Part shown: positions 37,874 through 48,110 of the stretch, piece after piece
Position numbering within the stretch: the stretch's first letter is position 1
Layout: each line of letters begins with the position of its first letter
DNA from: Actinomycetota bacterium
GTDB taxonomy: Bacteria > Actinomycetota > Actinomycetes > Actinomycetales > Microbacteriaceae
Direction: 5' to 3'
Length of the DNA stretch: 64,000 nucleotides
Assembly (NCBI GenBank): GCA_051751065.1
Contig: JBNJKL010000004.1
Coordinates: 209,596 to 273,595, forward strand
Translations under genes and position numbers: made by a program
The notes under the pieces: model-generated
What the model was told of the DNA's origin: nothing
What the model saw: the letters and a program-made list of their open reading frames with translations, nothing else
The model's database searches: none

Positions 37874-39049
37874 TCATTCCCGCCGGTCCACCCCGAGGGT
37901 CGCCGCTCTCTTCCACAGCCATTCGACGGGTCCGAGCTCGAAGCGTCGGAGCCACAGGTGCGCGAGCAGGGTGATCAACGCCGTCAACACGATGAAGGCG
38001 ACGACGGTCACCGGCACGCGCCAGTCCGCCGCGCGCTCCGCCAGCCCGAGCCCCCAGCCGTAGAACAACGCACCGGCCAGAAGGTTCTGCAGGATGTACG
38101 CGCTCAGGGCGACCCTGCCGACCTCGCGGGCGCGCCGGGCGACCCAGCCGTCGGTGCCGCGCCTCAGGCTGATCTCCGCCACGAGCGCGAGGATCCCGAG
38201 CGCCACGACGGGAGCCACGACGTAGCGCTCGACGAGCAGGCCGGCCGCCCCTCCGCCGATGCCGAGCACCAGATCGACCGGAACAGCCACCGCCCCCGCG
38301 ACGAGCAACCGACGTCGGATCACGGCGCCCTCCGGGGAGAAGATCCCCGCGCCGAGGAGACGCGCGCCCAGGAGGAAGAGTGCGAGCGCGAGGAATCCGA
38401 TGAGGATGGTCTCCGCGCGGAAGATCACGACATTGCCGAGGCGGAAGAGTGCGAGATCGATGAACGTCCCCTCCGCGTAGGGGTTGCGTCCGTCCGTCAG
38501 CGACACCTCCGCGTCCGAGCCGGCGGACGCGAGCGCCAGGATCACGCCCGTCATGACGCACAGGTGGAGCGCGCCGAACACGATGATCATCGCCCGCTGC
38601 GAGCGCGGACTCGTGAGAAGAAGCCAGGCGACGACGACCCCCGTGATGGCGTAGCCCATCAGCACGTCGAACTCCGCCACGAGCACGTAGTTGATCGCGC
38701 CGTCGAGCAGCAGCAGCGCGGCACGCCAGAGGTAGCGTCCCGGCCATCGACCTCGCCGTCGGACGACGGAGCGATGCTGGATCGCGACCCCCATGCCGAA
38801 GACGACCGAGAGGAGCGCGAGGAAGTTGCCCTGGGCCAGAGCCATGAGCGCGAGCTGCGCGATCGCCGCCGCGTCGCCCGTCTCGGGCGTGACCGGAGCG
38901 CTCAGCATTCCGAGCAGACCCCACGGGTGGGAGAACACCCAGATGTTGGTTCCGAGCGTGCCGATGATCGCCACTCCTCGCACGACGTCGATCGCGGCGA
39001 TCCGGGTCGACGTCCCGTGCGTCCTGGGCAATACGTTCGTATTGGTCAT
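37874..39049 (-). CDS. DUF418 domain membrane protein (YeiB-like)
   Basis: ATG 39049 (MTNTNVLPRTHGTSTRIAAIDVVRG...). Polytopic, with the C-terminal motif GPVEWLWK. The track ORF is over-extended to 39493. Confidence 0.8.
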   Translation of the reverse strand: MTNTNVLPRTHGTSTRIAAIDVVRGVAIIGTLGTNIWVFSHPWGLLGMLSAPVTPETGDAAAIAQLALMALAQGNFLALLSVVFGMGVAIQHRSVVRRRGRWPGRYLWRAALLLLDGAINYVLVAEFDVLMGYAITGVVVAWLLLTSPRSQRAMIIVFGALHLCVMTGVILALASAGSDAEVSLTDGRNPYAEGTFIDLALFRLGNVVIFRAETILIGFLALALFLLGARLLGAGIFSPEGAVIRRRLLVAGAVAVPVDLVLGIGGGAAGLLVERYVVAPVVALGILALVAEISLRRGTDGWVARRAREVGRVALSAYILQNLLAGALFYGWGLGLAERAADWRVPVTVVAFIVLTALITLLAHLWLRRFELGPVEWLWKRAATLGVDRRE

Positions 39050-39094
39050 GACAGCACCGTAACCTACAGAGGAGCACGAGCGAAAGGACGACCC

Positions 39095-39679
39095 ATGCCC
39101 GCTCCCCGCGGAAGCCGCGAGCGCATCCTCGATGCCGTCATCTCCGTACTGTCCTCGCGCGGGGCCGAGAGCGTGAGCATCCGCAACGTCGCGGCCGAAG
39201 CGGACGCCTCGATCGGAGCCGTCCAACACCACTTCCCCACGAAAGAAGACCTCATCGTCGGCGCGATGACAGCCGTGAACGAGCGCTTCCGCGAACGGGC
39301 ACGCTCCCTCATGGAGCAGCAGGACTCGCCCGAGGCGCGATTGCGTGTGTTCTGCACCCAGATCTCGTGCATCACGGACGCCGGGCTGCACGAGGCGATC
39401 GTGTGGACGGCATTCGCGTCCCGCGCGAGCACCGACACCCGCATCCGCGCCCTCCACGCGGCGGACTGGCGGCGCACGGAAGAGGTGCTGCACGTACTGC
39501 TCGCGGAAGCATTCCCCGACTCGCGGGTCACGGCGGACGACGCCGCGTTCGTGCTCGCGGTCACCGACGGTATCGCCGTGGCGCGCGCCGCCGAACAGAG
39601 CGATCGGATGACCACCGAGCGCGCCGAGCGGCTCCTCGCTGCGGCGATCGACCCGATCGCCGCGCGCGTCCGGCGCTGA
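39095..39679 (+). CDS. TetR/AcrR family transcriptional regulator
   Basis: ATG 39095. HTH VSIRNVAAEADASIGAVQHHF. Divergent from the DUF418 gene. Confidence 0.85.
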   Translation: MPAPRGSRERILDAVISVLSSRGAESVSIRNVAAEADASIGAVQHHFPTKEDLIVGAMTAVNERFRERARSLMEQQDSPEARLRVFCTQISCITDAGLHEAIVWTAFASRASTDTRIRALHAADWRRTEEVLHVLLAEAFPDSRVTADDAAFVLAVTDGIAVARAAEQSDRMTTERAERLLAAAIDPIAARVRR

Positions 39680-39849
39680 GGACGCGAAGCACCGAGAACG
39701 ATCGGTGGGCGGGCGATCCGACGCCGTAGCTCGCCTCCACTAGGGAAGCGCCGCGCGCGCAGGTAGTCTACGAAGGCGCCACTCCCGACACGCGCACCGA
39801 CGACCGGTGAGACCCAGTCTCAGCCGCCGACCCGAAAGAGCTTCCTTCG

Positions 39850-42489
39850 ATGATGACTGAAACTGGGGATTCGACCATCGATGCGCCCCGACGACGCCTG
39901 GGCGCGCGCATCGGAAAGATCGCATTCGGCGTGCTCGCGGGCATCGTCGTGCTCGCCGTCGCCGCGGCGTTCTTCGTCGTCTGGACGATCCAGCGCTCGT
40001 TCCCGCAGACCGCCGGCGACCTCACCCTCGACGGCCTCCAGTCGGAGGTCACGGTGCAGCGCGACGACCGCGGCATCCCGACGATCACGGCGGACTCCTC
40101 CCACGACCTGTTCCTCGCACAGGGTTTCGTGCACGCGCAGGACCGCTTCTTCGAGATGGACTTCCGCCGTCACGTCACGAGCGGCCGGGTCGCGGAGATG
40201 TTCGGCGAGTCCCAGGCGGGCACCGACGCGTTCCTGCGCACCCTCGGCTGGCGCGCGGTCGCCGAAGAAGAGGTCGCCGCGATGGACGAGACGACCCTCG
40301 CCTATTACGAGGCGTATGCGGACGGCGTGAACGCCTACCTGTCCTCACGTTCCGGCGCAGAACTGTCGCTCGAGTACGCGGTGCTCGGCATTCAGAACCC
40401 CGACTACAGCCCGGAGCCGTGGGAGCCCGCGGACTCCGTCGCCTGGCTCAAGGCCATGGCCTGGGACCTCCGCACGAACATCGAGAGCGAGACCGAGCGT
40501 GCGCTCCTGGCCGGCACGCTGGATGAAGATACAGCCGCAGACACTCTCGATCAGCTCTATCCCGGGTACCCGTTCGATGAGAATCCCGTGATCGTCCCCC
40601 AGGTCTCCACGATCCCCGACGCCGGAACGGACGCCGCCCCCGCGTTCAGCTCCGACGAAGATCGAACCGATGCGCAGCAGGCCGTCACCACGGTCGAATG
40701 GGAGGAGGCCACGAGCGTGATCGAGGCCGCGAGCCTCATGATCGGCGACGTCGGCGAGGGCGTCGGATCGAACTCCTGGGTCGTCTCCGGCGACCTCACC
40801 GAGAGCGGAATGCCCCTGCTGGCCAACGACCCGCACCTCGGCGCCTCGCTCCCCTCGGTCTGGTATCAGGTGCAGTTGAAGTGCTCGTCGCTCAGCGAGG
40901 AATGCCCGTTCAACGTCGGTGGCTTCAGCTTCTCCGGGCTCCCCGGTGTTGTGATCGGCCACAACGACAAGATCGCGTGGGGCTTCACCAACCTCACCAC
41001 CGACGTGACCGACCTCTACATCGAGAAGGTCGACGGCGACGAATACTGGCGAGACGGCGAGCTCGAGCCGCTGGACATCCGCACCGAGACCATCGCGGTC
41101 GCAGGCGGCGAGGACATCGACCTCACGATCCGCTCGACCGTGCACGGGCCGATCATCTCGGGTCTGACCGACGACTTCACCACGCTCGCCGAGACGCCGA
41201 TCGTGGCCGAGGACGACACCGTGGTTCCCGCCGATGCCGCCGCGGACGCGTCCGACCTCAGCGGCGAGTATGCGGTCAGCCTCCGCTGGACCGCTCTTGA
41301 TCCCGGCTCGGCGTCGACCGCGATCTTCGCGCTCTCGACCGCGCAGAACTTCGACGACTTCCGCGACGCGGCCTCCCTCTTCGATGTCCCCGCGCAGAAC
41401 CTCATCTATGCCGACATCGAGGGCAACATCGGCTACCAGACACCGGGCAAGCTGCCGATCCGCGGCGCCGGAGACGGATGGCTCCCCCAGCCCGGATGGG
41501 ACAGCGCGTACGACTGGACCGGCTACATCCCGTTCGAGGACCTGCCGGTGTCACTCAACCCGTCCTCCGGGTACATCGTGACCGCGAACAACGCGATCGT
41601 GACCGACGACTACGAGTACTTCCTCTCCCGCGACTGGGACTACGGATACCGCGCGGGACGCATCGCCTACATGCTCGAGCGCCGTGCCGCCGCCGCGCCC
41701 CTCACCGCGCAGGACATGCGGAACATCCAGCTCGACAACGAGATGTGGATCGGCAAGCCCCTGGCCGCCGCATTCGGAGACATCGAGGTTTCGGGGGCGG
41801 GCCCGCAGGAGGCAGTCGCGCTGCTGCGCACCTGGGACGCGCAGAACAACGCGTCCTCCGCCGCGGCCGCGTACGCGAACGTGCTCTGGTCGAACCTCGC
41901 GCAGAACCTGTTCGCGAATCGGGACGAGCCCCTGCCTCTCGGCAGTCAGGCCCGCATGTTCACGGTGGTCGATGCCCTGCTCGATGACCCCACCGATCCG
42001 CTCTGGACGAACGACGCGATCGGGGTCTCCAGCAGGGACGAGATGCTCGCCCTGTCCGCCGAGCAGGCGTACGACGAGCTGGCGGCCATCCAGGGCGAAG
42101 CGGTCGCGCGCTGGAACTGGGGCGACCTGCATGCCCTCACCCTCACCCACGACACCCTGGGCACCTCGGGCATCGCACCGATCGAGGCGCTGTTCAACCG
42201 CGGCCCCTTCGCCACCGGTGGCGGCCCGTCGATCGTGAACGCGACCGGATGGGAGCTGGGTTCGTCGTACGCGACCACCACCGTGCCGTCCATGCGCATG
42301 GTGATCGACTTCGCCGATCTCGACCGTTCCACGTGGAACCATCTCACCGGAGCGAGCGGGCACGCGTACCACGCGCACTACATCGATCAGACGGAGGAGT
42401 GGTCGCAGGGCATCCAGGAGCCGTGGCCGTTCTCCCCCGAGTCCATCGACCTCGCGACGGTGGACACCCTGGTGCTCCGTCCGTCCTGA
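39850..42489 (+). CDS. Penicillin acylase family protein (Ntn hydrolase; possible acyl-homoserine-lactone / beta-lactam acylase)
   Basis: 879 aa with an N-terminal TM/signal anchor. Features: AQGFVHAQDRFFEMD, and the beta-subunit nucleophile context GSNSWVVSG followed by LLANDPHL. Confidence 0.9.
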   Translation: MMTETGDSTIDAPRRRLGARIGKIAFGVLAGIVVLAVAAAFFVVWTIQRSFPQTAGDLTLDGLQSEVTVQRDDRGIPTITADSSHDLFLAQGFVHAQDRFFEMDFRRHVTSGRVAEMFGESQAGTDAFLRTLGWRAVAEEEVAAMDETTLAYYEAYADGVNAYLSSRSGAELSLEYAVLGIQNPDYSPEPWEPADSVAWLKAMAWDLRTNIESETERALLAGTLDEDTAADTLDQLYPGYPFDENPVIVPQVSTIPDAGTDAAPAFSSDEDRTDAQQAVTTVEWEEATSVIEAASLMIGDVGEGVGSNSWVVSGDLTESGMPLLANDPHLGASLPSVWYQVQLKCSSLSEECPFNVGGFSFSGLPGVVIGHNDKIAWGFTNLTTDVTDLYIEKVDGDEYWRDGELEPLDIRTETIAVAGGEDIDLTIRSTVHGPIISGLTDDFTTLAETPIVAEDDTVVPADAAADASDLSGEYAVSLRWTALDPGSASTAIFALSTAQNFDDFRDAASLFDVPAQNLIYADIEGNIGYQTPGKLPIRGAGDGWLPQPGWDSAYDWTGYIPFEDLPVSLNPSSGYIVTANNAIVTDDYEYFLSRDWDYGYRAGRIAYMLERRAAAAPLTAQDMRNIQLDNEMWIGKPLAAAFGDIEVSGAGPQEAVALLRTWDAQNNASSAAAAYANVLWSNLAQNLFANRDEPLPLGSQARMFTVVDALLDDPTDPLWTNDAIGVSSRDEMLALSAEQAYDELAAIQGEAVARWNWGDLHALTLTHDTLGTSGIAPIEALFNRGPFATGGGPSIVNATGWELGSSYATTTVPSMRMVIDFADLDRSTWNHLTGASGHAYHAHYIDQTEEWSQGIQEPWPFSPESIDLATVDTLVLRPS

Positions 42490-42544
42490 CCGTGATCGCG
42501 CTGCCGGAGGGCATCCGTTCTGTCGGGGAGTCCCGTCGGGCCGC

Positions 42545-43303
42545 TCAGGTCTCGTCGGTGAACGCGATCGGGCTGAGCGCGAGGGGCTCCTCCTGCACGG
42601 GAGTCTCGATGGTCTCGACGCCCTCGTTCTGACCGGTGAGGCGCGCCACAGCCCCGGCGAACTGCTGTCGCAACGCGGTCACCGCCCCCTTGGCGTCGCC
42701 GTCACGCAGCGCATCGAGCAGCTGACGGTACGTGCCCGAGACCGAGCGCCGCACGGTGTACCCGTGGGGATCGCTGAAGCTCGCGAGACGCGTCTCGATC
42801 GCGAGCGTCTTCATGTACTGGGTGAGACGGCGACTGCCCGCGGAATCCACGAGCAGACGATGGAAGGCGAGGTCGGCATCGCCGATCGCTCGGGCGTCCA
42901 CCCCCTCGCTGACATCCTGCAGGGTCCGGAACGCGGCCTCCAGCGAGGCGAGATCGACCGCTCCCCGCTCGACGATCATCCGCACGGCCTGTGACTCCAC
43001 CGCGAGGCGCGCGTCGTAGACATCGGCGACCTCCTCGGGGCCGACCACACTCACCCGGAGTCCGCGTCCCGGCGTCGCGGTCAGCAGCCCTTCCTGCACG
43101 AGTCGCTGGGTCGCCTCGCGCAGCGGGCTGCGACTGACGCCGAGCTGGGAGGACATCTCGACCTCGCCGATCGGGCTTCCCACGGGGAGTGCCCCGGTGA
43201 AGATCGCGGTGCGCAGTTCGGCAGCGATCAGGTCGACGGTGGACGTCCTCGCGACACGCAGCACGGATGCCACCGGCGCCGAACGCGTCGTGCGTGAAGT
43301 CAT
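42545..43303 (-). CDS. GntR family (FadR-subfamily) transcriptional regulator
   Basis: ATG 43303. Winged HTH (EVEMSSQLGVSRSPLREATQRLVQEGLL) plus an FCD-type C-domain. Confidence 0.85.
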   Translation of the reverse strand: MTSRTTRSAPVASVLRVARTSTVDLIAAELRTAIFTGALPVGSPIGEVEMSSQLGVSRSPLREATQRLVQEGLLTATPGRGLRVSVVGPEEVADVYDARLAVESQAVRMIVERGAVDLASLEAAFRTLQDVSEGVDARAIGDADLAFHRLLVDSAGSRRLTQYMKTLAIETRLASFSDPHGYTVRRSVSGTYRQLLDALRDGDAKGAVTALRQQFAGAVARLTGQNEGVETIETPVQEEPLALSPIAFTDET

Positions 43304-43411
43304 CAGAGTCCTTTCGATCTGCGCGCAAACGACGCGATACAGACATTGTCCGTGGTGTGCGCCCTCGAAGCCGCCATCCGGTTTCCGACGAGTCTGCCTG
43401 AAGATCACGGT

Positions 43412-43430
43412 TTTGTATACTTGTCGACAA
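43412..43430. promoter_or_regulatory. Candidate GntR operator (TTGTATAC-TTGTCGACAA)
   Basis: TTGTCGACAA (43421-43430) is a perfect 10-bp palindrome that fits the FadR-type T.GT..AC.A pattern. An imperfect copy sits immediately upstream. It lies between the GntR gene and the ABC importer operon. Confidence 0.45.
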
Positions 43431-43543
43431 TCTGCACGTCTGACTGTACATCCGTCGACACACGGCATATCGTAAACGACGGTCGATCACGAAACTGGGG
43501 CGCTCCCCCCGCGCCCCCATCTATACGGAACCCGAGGAACGAA

Positions 43544-44440
43544 ATGACGAAGATGAACATCAGAACCGGTATCGCAGCCGCGGCCATCGGCACGCTGGCA
43601 CTCGGCGCTCTCGCCGGATGCGCCTCCGGAGATGGTGCCGAGTCCGACGGCAACACGCTCGAGCAGCTCCGCGACGAGGGCACGATCACCGTCGCCATCG
43701 CCGACGAGCGTCCCTACTCGTGGGTCGAGGGTGACGAGCCCCAGGGCGCGACCATCGCCATGCACGAGCAGATCTTCGCCGACATGGGCATCGAGAACGT
43801 CGATGTCGTCGAGGTCGACTGGAACTCCCTGATCCCCGGCCTCAACGCCGGCCGCTTCGACGCCATCAGCGCGGGGATGTCCATCCTTCCCGACCGCTGT
43901 GCCGAGGCCGCGTTCAGCGACCCCGAGATCATGTACACGACGACCCTCATGGTCCCCGAGGGAAACCCGCAGGACCTCACCGACCTCGACTCCGTCGTCG
44001 AGAGCGACGGTGACGTCACGCTCGCCGTCCTCTCCGGTGGCATCGAGGCCGGCTACGCCGAGAGCCTCGGCATCGACAACACCGTGTCGGTCGACAACGC
44101 GCAGAGCGGCATGGACCTCGTCGCCAACGGTCGCGCCGACGCGTTCGCCATGACCGCGATCTCCCTCAACTGGATGGCCGACAACAACCCGAACTCGGGT
44201 GTCGAGACCACCGAGGCGTTCGTGCAGGTCATCGACGGCGTCGAGCAGATCGGCGCCGGCGCCACCGTCTTCCGTCAGGACGACACCGACCTGCTCGACG
44301 CGTACAACGAGTCGCTCGGCAGCATCACGGGTGACGTCGACGAGTACATGAGCCTCGTGGGCGAGTACGGCTTCACCGAGGAGAACCTCCCGCCGGCCGA
44401 GCTCACCACCGAGCAGCTGTGCTCCGGCGACCTGAGCTGA
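43544..44440 (+). CDS. ehuB: Polar amino acid ABC transporter substrate-binding lipoprotein, ectoine/hydroxyectoine (EhuB)-like
   Basis: ATG 43544. Lipobox LAGC and type 2 periplasmic binding fold motifs. The Ehu assignment rests on my recollection of the family and on gene order, not on a search. Confidence 0.6.
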   Translation: MTKMNIRTGIAAAAIGTLALGALAGCASGDGAESDGNTLEQLRDEGTITVAIADERPYSWVEGDEPQGATIAMHEQIFADMGIENVDVVEVDWNSLIPGLNAGRFDAISAGMSILPDRCAEAAFSDPEIMYTTTLMVPEGNPQDLTDLDSVVESDGDVTLAVLSGGIEAGYAESLGIDNTVSVDNAQSGMDLVANGRADAFAMTAISLNWMADNNPNSGVETTEAFVQVIDGVEQIGAGATVFRQDDTDLLDAYNESLGSITGDVDEYMSLVGEYGFTEENLPPAELTTEQLCSGDLS

Positions 44441-44448
44441 CCTGATCC

Positions 44449-45159
44449 TTGACTGAGAACTTCGAGGCGCTGAGCGCCGCGCTCCCGCAGGTGTGGGAGG
44501 GGATGTTGATCACCCTCCAGCTCACCTGCGGGGGCGCGCTCCTGGCGTTCGCGCTGGCTGTCGGACTGGGACTTCTGGTCCGGTCCGAGAACATCCTCAT
44601 CCGCGGCTTCGCCCGCGTGGTGATCGAGTTCTTCCGCGGCACGTCCCTGGTCGTGCAGCTCTTCTTCCTCTTCTTCGTCCTGCCGCAGTTCGGTGTGGAG
44701 CTTCCGCCCCTGCTCGTCGGCATCGTCGGCCTCGGACTCAACTACGGCGCCTACGGCGCGGAGGTCGTCCGAGGATCCATCAACGCCGTGCCCGTGGGGC
44801 AGTGGGAGGCGACGACCGCTCTCAGCCTCGGCCGGGTGCAGCGCATGACGCGCGTCATCTTCCCGCAGGCGTGGGCGCTCATGCTCCCCTCGCTCAACAA
44901 CCTGCTGATCCTGCTGCTGAAGGGCACCGCGATCGTGAGCTTCATCACGATGGCCGATCTCACCTTCGCCATCGACAAGCTGCAGCAGCGGACCGACACC
45001 TTCTTCGCCTACACCGTGGGGCTCATCATCTACTTCGTCCTCGCCTACGCGCTCACGCTGCTCATGAACGCACTCGAGGTGCGGGCCAAGCACAAGCTCG
45101 GAATGGGTGACTCCCTGCGCACCGTCCTGCTGCCGAAGACTCCGGAGAAGACCGCATGA
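44449..45159 (+). CDS. ehuC: Amino acid ABC transporter permease (EhuC-like)
   Basis: TTG start. His/Glu/Gln/Arg/opine permease family features, including an EAA-loop region (ALSLGRVQRMTRVIFPQA). Confidence 0.65.
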   Translation: MTENFEALSAALPQVWEGMLITLQLTCGGALLAFALAVGLGLLVRSENILIRGFARVVIEFFRGTSLVVQLFFLFFVLPQFGVELPPLLVGIVGLGLNYGAYGAEVVRGSINAVPVGQWEATTALSLGRVQRMTRVIFPQAWALMLPSLNNLLILLLKGTAIVSFITMADLTFAIDKLQQRTDTFFAYTVGLIIYFVLAYALTLLMNALEVRAKHKLGMGDSLRTVLLPKTPEKTA

Positions 45160-45809
45160 GCGAACTCTGGGACTGGAACGCCGCCTGGGACGCCCTCCCA
45201 CAGCTTCTCGAAGCCTTCTTCCGGGTCACCCTGCTGGTCACGGTGCTCGGCAGCGCGATCGCCGCCGTACTCGGCCTGATCCTCGCGATCGCCAAACGCT
45301 CCGCACCGAAACCGCTGAGCGCACTGCTGGGGTTCGTGATGAACTTCATCCGGATGACGCCGATCGTGGTCCAGCTGCTGTTCGCGTACTACGCCTTCCT
45401 CAGCGTCGACCCCGTGGTGCTCGGAATCATCATCTTCGGCATCCACTACGCGACCTACATGGCCGAGGCGTACCGCGCGGGTATCGACTCGATCCCCGCC
45501 GGACAGTGGGAGGCGACGACCGCACTGTCGATGTCGCGTCGCCGCGCGTGGACGGCCGTCATCATCCCGCAGGCCCTCCGGGCCACGGCACCGGCGCTGG
45601 GCAACTACGTGATCTCGATGCTGAAGGACACCCCGTTCCTCATCTCGATCACCGTCGTCGAACTCGTCCGCGCCGCCCTCACCTATGGGGGGAACACCTT
45701 CCGCTACATGGAGGTGTTCACTCTCGCCGGCATCATCTTCCTGCTGGCCAGCTACCCGACGTCCCTCCTCGTCGGACGATTGGAGAAGCGCCTTGCCTAC
45801 ACATCCTGA
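45156..45809 (+). CDS. ehuD: Amino acid ABC transporter permease (EhuD-like)
   Basis: ATGA overlap with the upstream permease. EAA-loop region ALSMSRRRAWTAVIIPQA. Confidence 0.65.
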   Translation: MSELWDWNAAWDALPQLLEAFFRVTLLVTVLGSAIAAVLGLILAIAKRSAPKPLSALLGFVMNFIRMTPIVVQLLFAYYAFLSVDPVVLGIIIFGIHYATYMAEAYRAGIDSIPAGQWEATTALSMSRRRAWTAVIIPQALRATAPALGNYVISMLKDTPFLISITVVELVRAALTYGGNTFRYMEVFTLAGIIFLLASYPTSLLVGRLEKRLAYTS

Positions 45810-46608
45810 GTCCACAGCCCCCACGACAGGGAGCGAGTCCGCCGCGACACCCGCGATCCGCTTCGCGTCGGTACAGAAGCGTTTCGGGGACAACATCGTG
45901 CTCGACGACCTGGAGTTCACGGTCGCCAAGGGTGATCGCGTGACGCTGATCGGGCCCAGCGGATCGGGCAAGACGACCATCCTCCGCCTGGTGATGACGC
46001 TCGAAGAGGCCAACGACGGGTACATCTTCGTCGACGGTGAACCGCTCACCCACCGCGAGGTCGACGGTCGTCGGGTCGAGCTCAAGGAGAAGCACCGCAA
46101 CCGGATGCGGCAGCGCATCGGGATGGTGTTCCAGCAGTTCAACCTGTTCCCGAACATGACCGTCATGGAGAACCTCATCGAGGCACCCGTGCACGTGCTC
46201 GGCATGTCGAAGAAGGACGCGACCGAGAAGGCGCGCGAGCTGCTCGAGCGCGTCGGACTCGGCGACAAGGAGAACGCGCATCCGCTCGAACTCTCCGGTG
46301 GTCAGCAGCAGCGTGTCGCGATCGCTCGCGCACTCGCGATGGATCCCGACATCCTCCTGCTGGACGAGGTGACGAGCGCGCTCGACCCCGAGATCGTTGG
46401 TGACGTGCTGAACATCCTGCGCGACATCGCGCGGACGACCGACATCACGATGCTCATCGTCACGCACGAGATGCAGTTCGCCCGCGACGTCTCCAACCGT
46501 GTCCTCATGTTCGACCAGGGGTCGATCGTCGAGGAGGGCACGCCGGAGCAGATGTTCACCGAACCGCGCGAGCAGCGCACGAAGGACTTCCTCTCCGCCG
46601 TCCTCTGA
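45793..46608 (+). CDS. ehuA: Amino acid ABC transporter ATP-binding protein (EhuA-like)
   Basis: Walker A GPSGSGKTT, signature LSGGQQQR, Walker B LLLDEVTSALD, and an insertion after VDGEPL as in EhuA-type proteins. I infer the start at in-frame TTG 45793; there is no ATG or GTG between the permease stop and the conserved N-terminus. Confidence 0.7.
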   Translation: MPTHPESTAPTTGSESAATPAIRFASVQKRFGDNIVLDDLEFTVAKGDRVTLIGPSGSGKTTILRLVMTLEEANDGYIFVDGEPLTHREVDGRRVELKEKHRNRMRQRIGMVFQQFNLFPNMTVMENLIEAPVHVLGMSKKDATEKARELLERVGLGDKENAHPLELSGGQQQRVAIARALAMDPDILLLDEVTSALDPEIVGDVLNILRDIARTTDITMLIVTHEMQFARDVSNRVLMFDQGSIVEEGTPEQMFTEPREQRTKDFLSAVL

Positions 46609-46677
46609 GCGGAGATCGCTGCGGGTGCCGGGCGGAGTGATTCCCGGGACCCGCGGTCGCTCCGGTACAGTCACGGA

Positions 46678-47439
46678 GTGCCGTCGCGTCTACTCGCCCC
46701 GGAGGGCGTCCCCGCCTCCATCGTGGAATTCCACCACGGCGGAGCGACGATGGTCGTGGAATCCTTCGGCGAGGGCGGCCATCCGTTCGTCCTCCTGCAC
46801 GGGATCGGCATGGGCCGCAGCGTCTTCGTCGATCTCGCCACTCACCTGCCCGGCAGCTACATCGGCATCGATCTGCCGGGTTTCGGCGAGGCCCCCGAGC
46901 CCGAGCGCGTGTTGACGATGGAGCGGCACGCCGACCTCGTGGCGGCATTCCTCCGCCAGCAGGGGATCTCCGATGCCGTGATCATCGGACACTCCATGGG
47001 AAGCCAGATCGCGGCCGAGGTCGCCGCCCGGCACCCGGATGTCGTCGCGGGACTCGTGCTCGCCGGCCCGACCGTCAACAGCGCATCCCGCAGCGTGCTC
47101 GCGCAGATGTCCTACCTGCTCCGCGACCTCGTCGGCGAGCGTCCGGAGGTGCTGTGGCGCGGTGCGCGCGAGTATCTGCGCGGCGGACCGAACCTCATCC
47201 TCAAGATCAAGGCCACGCTCGTCCACACGCCCGAGGACGCCTTCGCGGCGATCGACAAGCCGACGCTGGTGCTGCGCGGCGAAGACGATCCACTCGCCAC
47301 CGTCCGCTGGTGCCGCGAGATCATCGCACGAATCCCCGGGTCGGAGTTCGCCGAGATCCCCGATCACGGGCATGGCACACTCATCAGCGACGCGGAGCCC
47401 GCGGCTCGCCTAATCCATACCTTCTCCGAGCGCTTCTGA
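46678..47439 (+). CDS. Alpha/beta hydrolase
   Basis: HG oxyanion motif (FVLLHGIGM) and nucleophile elbow GHSMGS. Confidence 0.85.
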   Translation: MPSRLLAPEGVPASIVEFHHGGATMVVESFGEGGHPFVLLHGIGMGRSVFVDLATHLPGSYIGIDLPGFGEAPEPERVLTMERHADLVAAFLRQQGISDAVIIGHSMGSQIAAEVAARHPDVVAGLVLAGPTVNSASRSVLAQMSYLLRDLVGERPEVLWRGAREYLRGGPNLILKIKATLVHTPEDAFAAIDKPTLVLRGEDDPLATVRWCREIIARIPGSEFAEIPDHGHGTLISDAEPAARLIHTFSERF

Positions 47440-47454
47440 CGCGCGCGTCGTCGA

Positions 47455-47844
47455 TCAGCCTGCGCCGGGAGGCGTCTTCTTCGAATCCGCGAGCTCATCC
47501 ACGACGAGGTCGCGCTGATCGATCGTCCCGTTGCGATAAGCCTGCCGGCCGACCATGTGGGCGGAGAGCGGCGAGGTCGCGAACTGCATGAGCACGACCG
47601 GGGCGACGAGCGCGAGCCCCAGCAGGGAGCCGACGATGGAGCCCTGCGACAGAGCGATCGCGATCGCGATGAAGACGAGGCCGAGCACCTGCGGCTTGGT
47701 CGCCGCGTGCAGCCGCGACGGCACGTCCCGGAACCGCAGCAACCCGACGGCGGCGGACAGACACAGGATCGCGCCGAGCAGGATGAAGACGAGCACCGCC
47801 ACATCGATGACGCTGTCGGGGATGATCAGACCGAAGACGTTCAT
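47455..47844 (-). CDS. mrpG: Na+/H+ antiporter subunit G
   Basis: 129 aa, three TM helices, last gene of the Mrp operon, with the motif RLHAATKP. Confidence 0.85.
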   Translation of the reverse strand: MNVFGLIIPDSVIDVAVLVFILLGAILCLSAAVGLLRFRDVPSRLHAATKPQVLGLVFIAIAIALSQGSIVGSLLGLALVAPVVLMQFATSPLSAHMVGRQAYRNGTIDQRDLVVDELADSKKTPPGAG

Positions 47845-48110
47845 GAGGTCGTGTTGTCCCTTCTCGCCACGTAGCGGGCGACGGAGATCGACCCGAACAC
47901 CCCGACCGCGGCGATGATGAGCATCACGGGGATGCTGCGGGTGTGACCGTTGATCGCCATCTCAGCGCCGATCACGCACATCACTTCGGTGAGGAGCACG
48001 TCCGAGGCCACCGTGCGGTCCAGGATCGACGGCCCGCGCACGATCCGCACGATCGTGAGGATGGCCGCGACGCTGAAGATCGCGATGATCACGAGGAGCA
48101 GGAGGTTCAT
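47841..48110 (-). CDS. mrpF: Na+/H+ antiporter subunit F
   Basis: ATG 48110 (MNLLLLVIIAIFSVAAILTIVRIVRGPSILDR...). ATGA overlaps with both neighbours. Confidence 0.85.
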   Translation of the reverse strand: MNLLLLVIIAIFSVAAILTIVRIVRGPSILDRTVASDVLLTEVMCVIGAEMAINGHTRSIPVMLIIAAVGVFGSISVARYVARRDNTTS

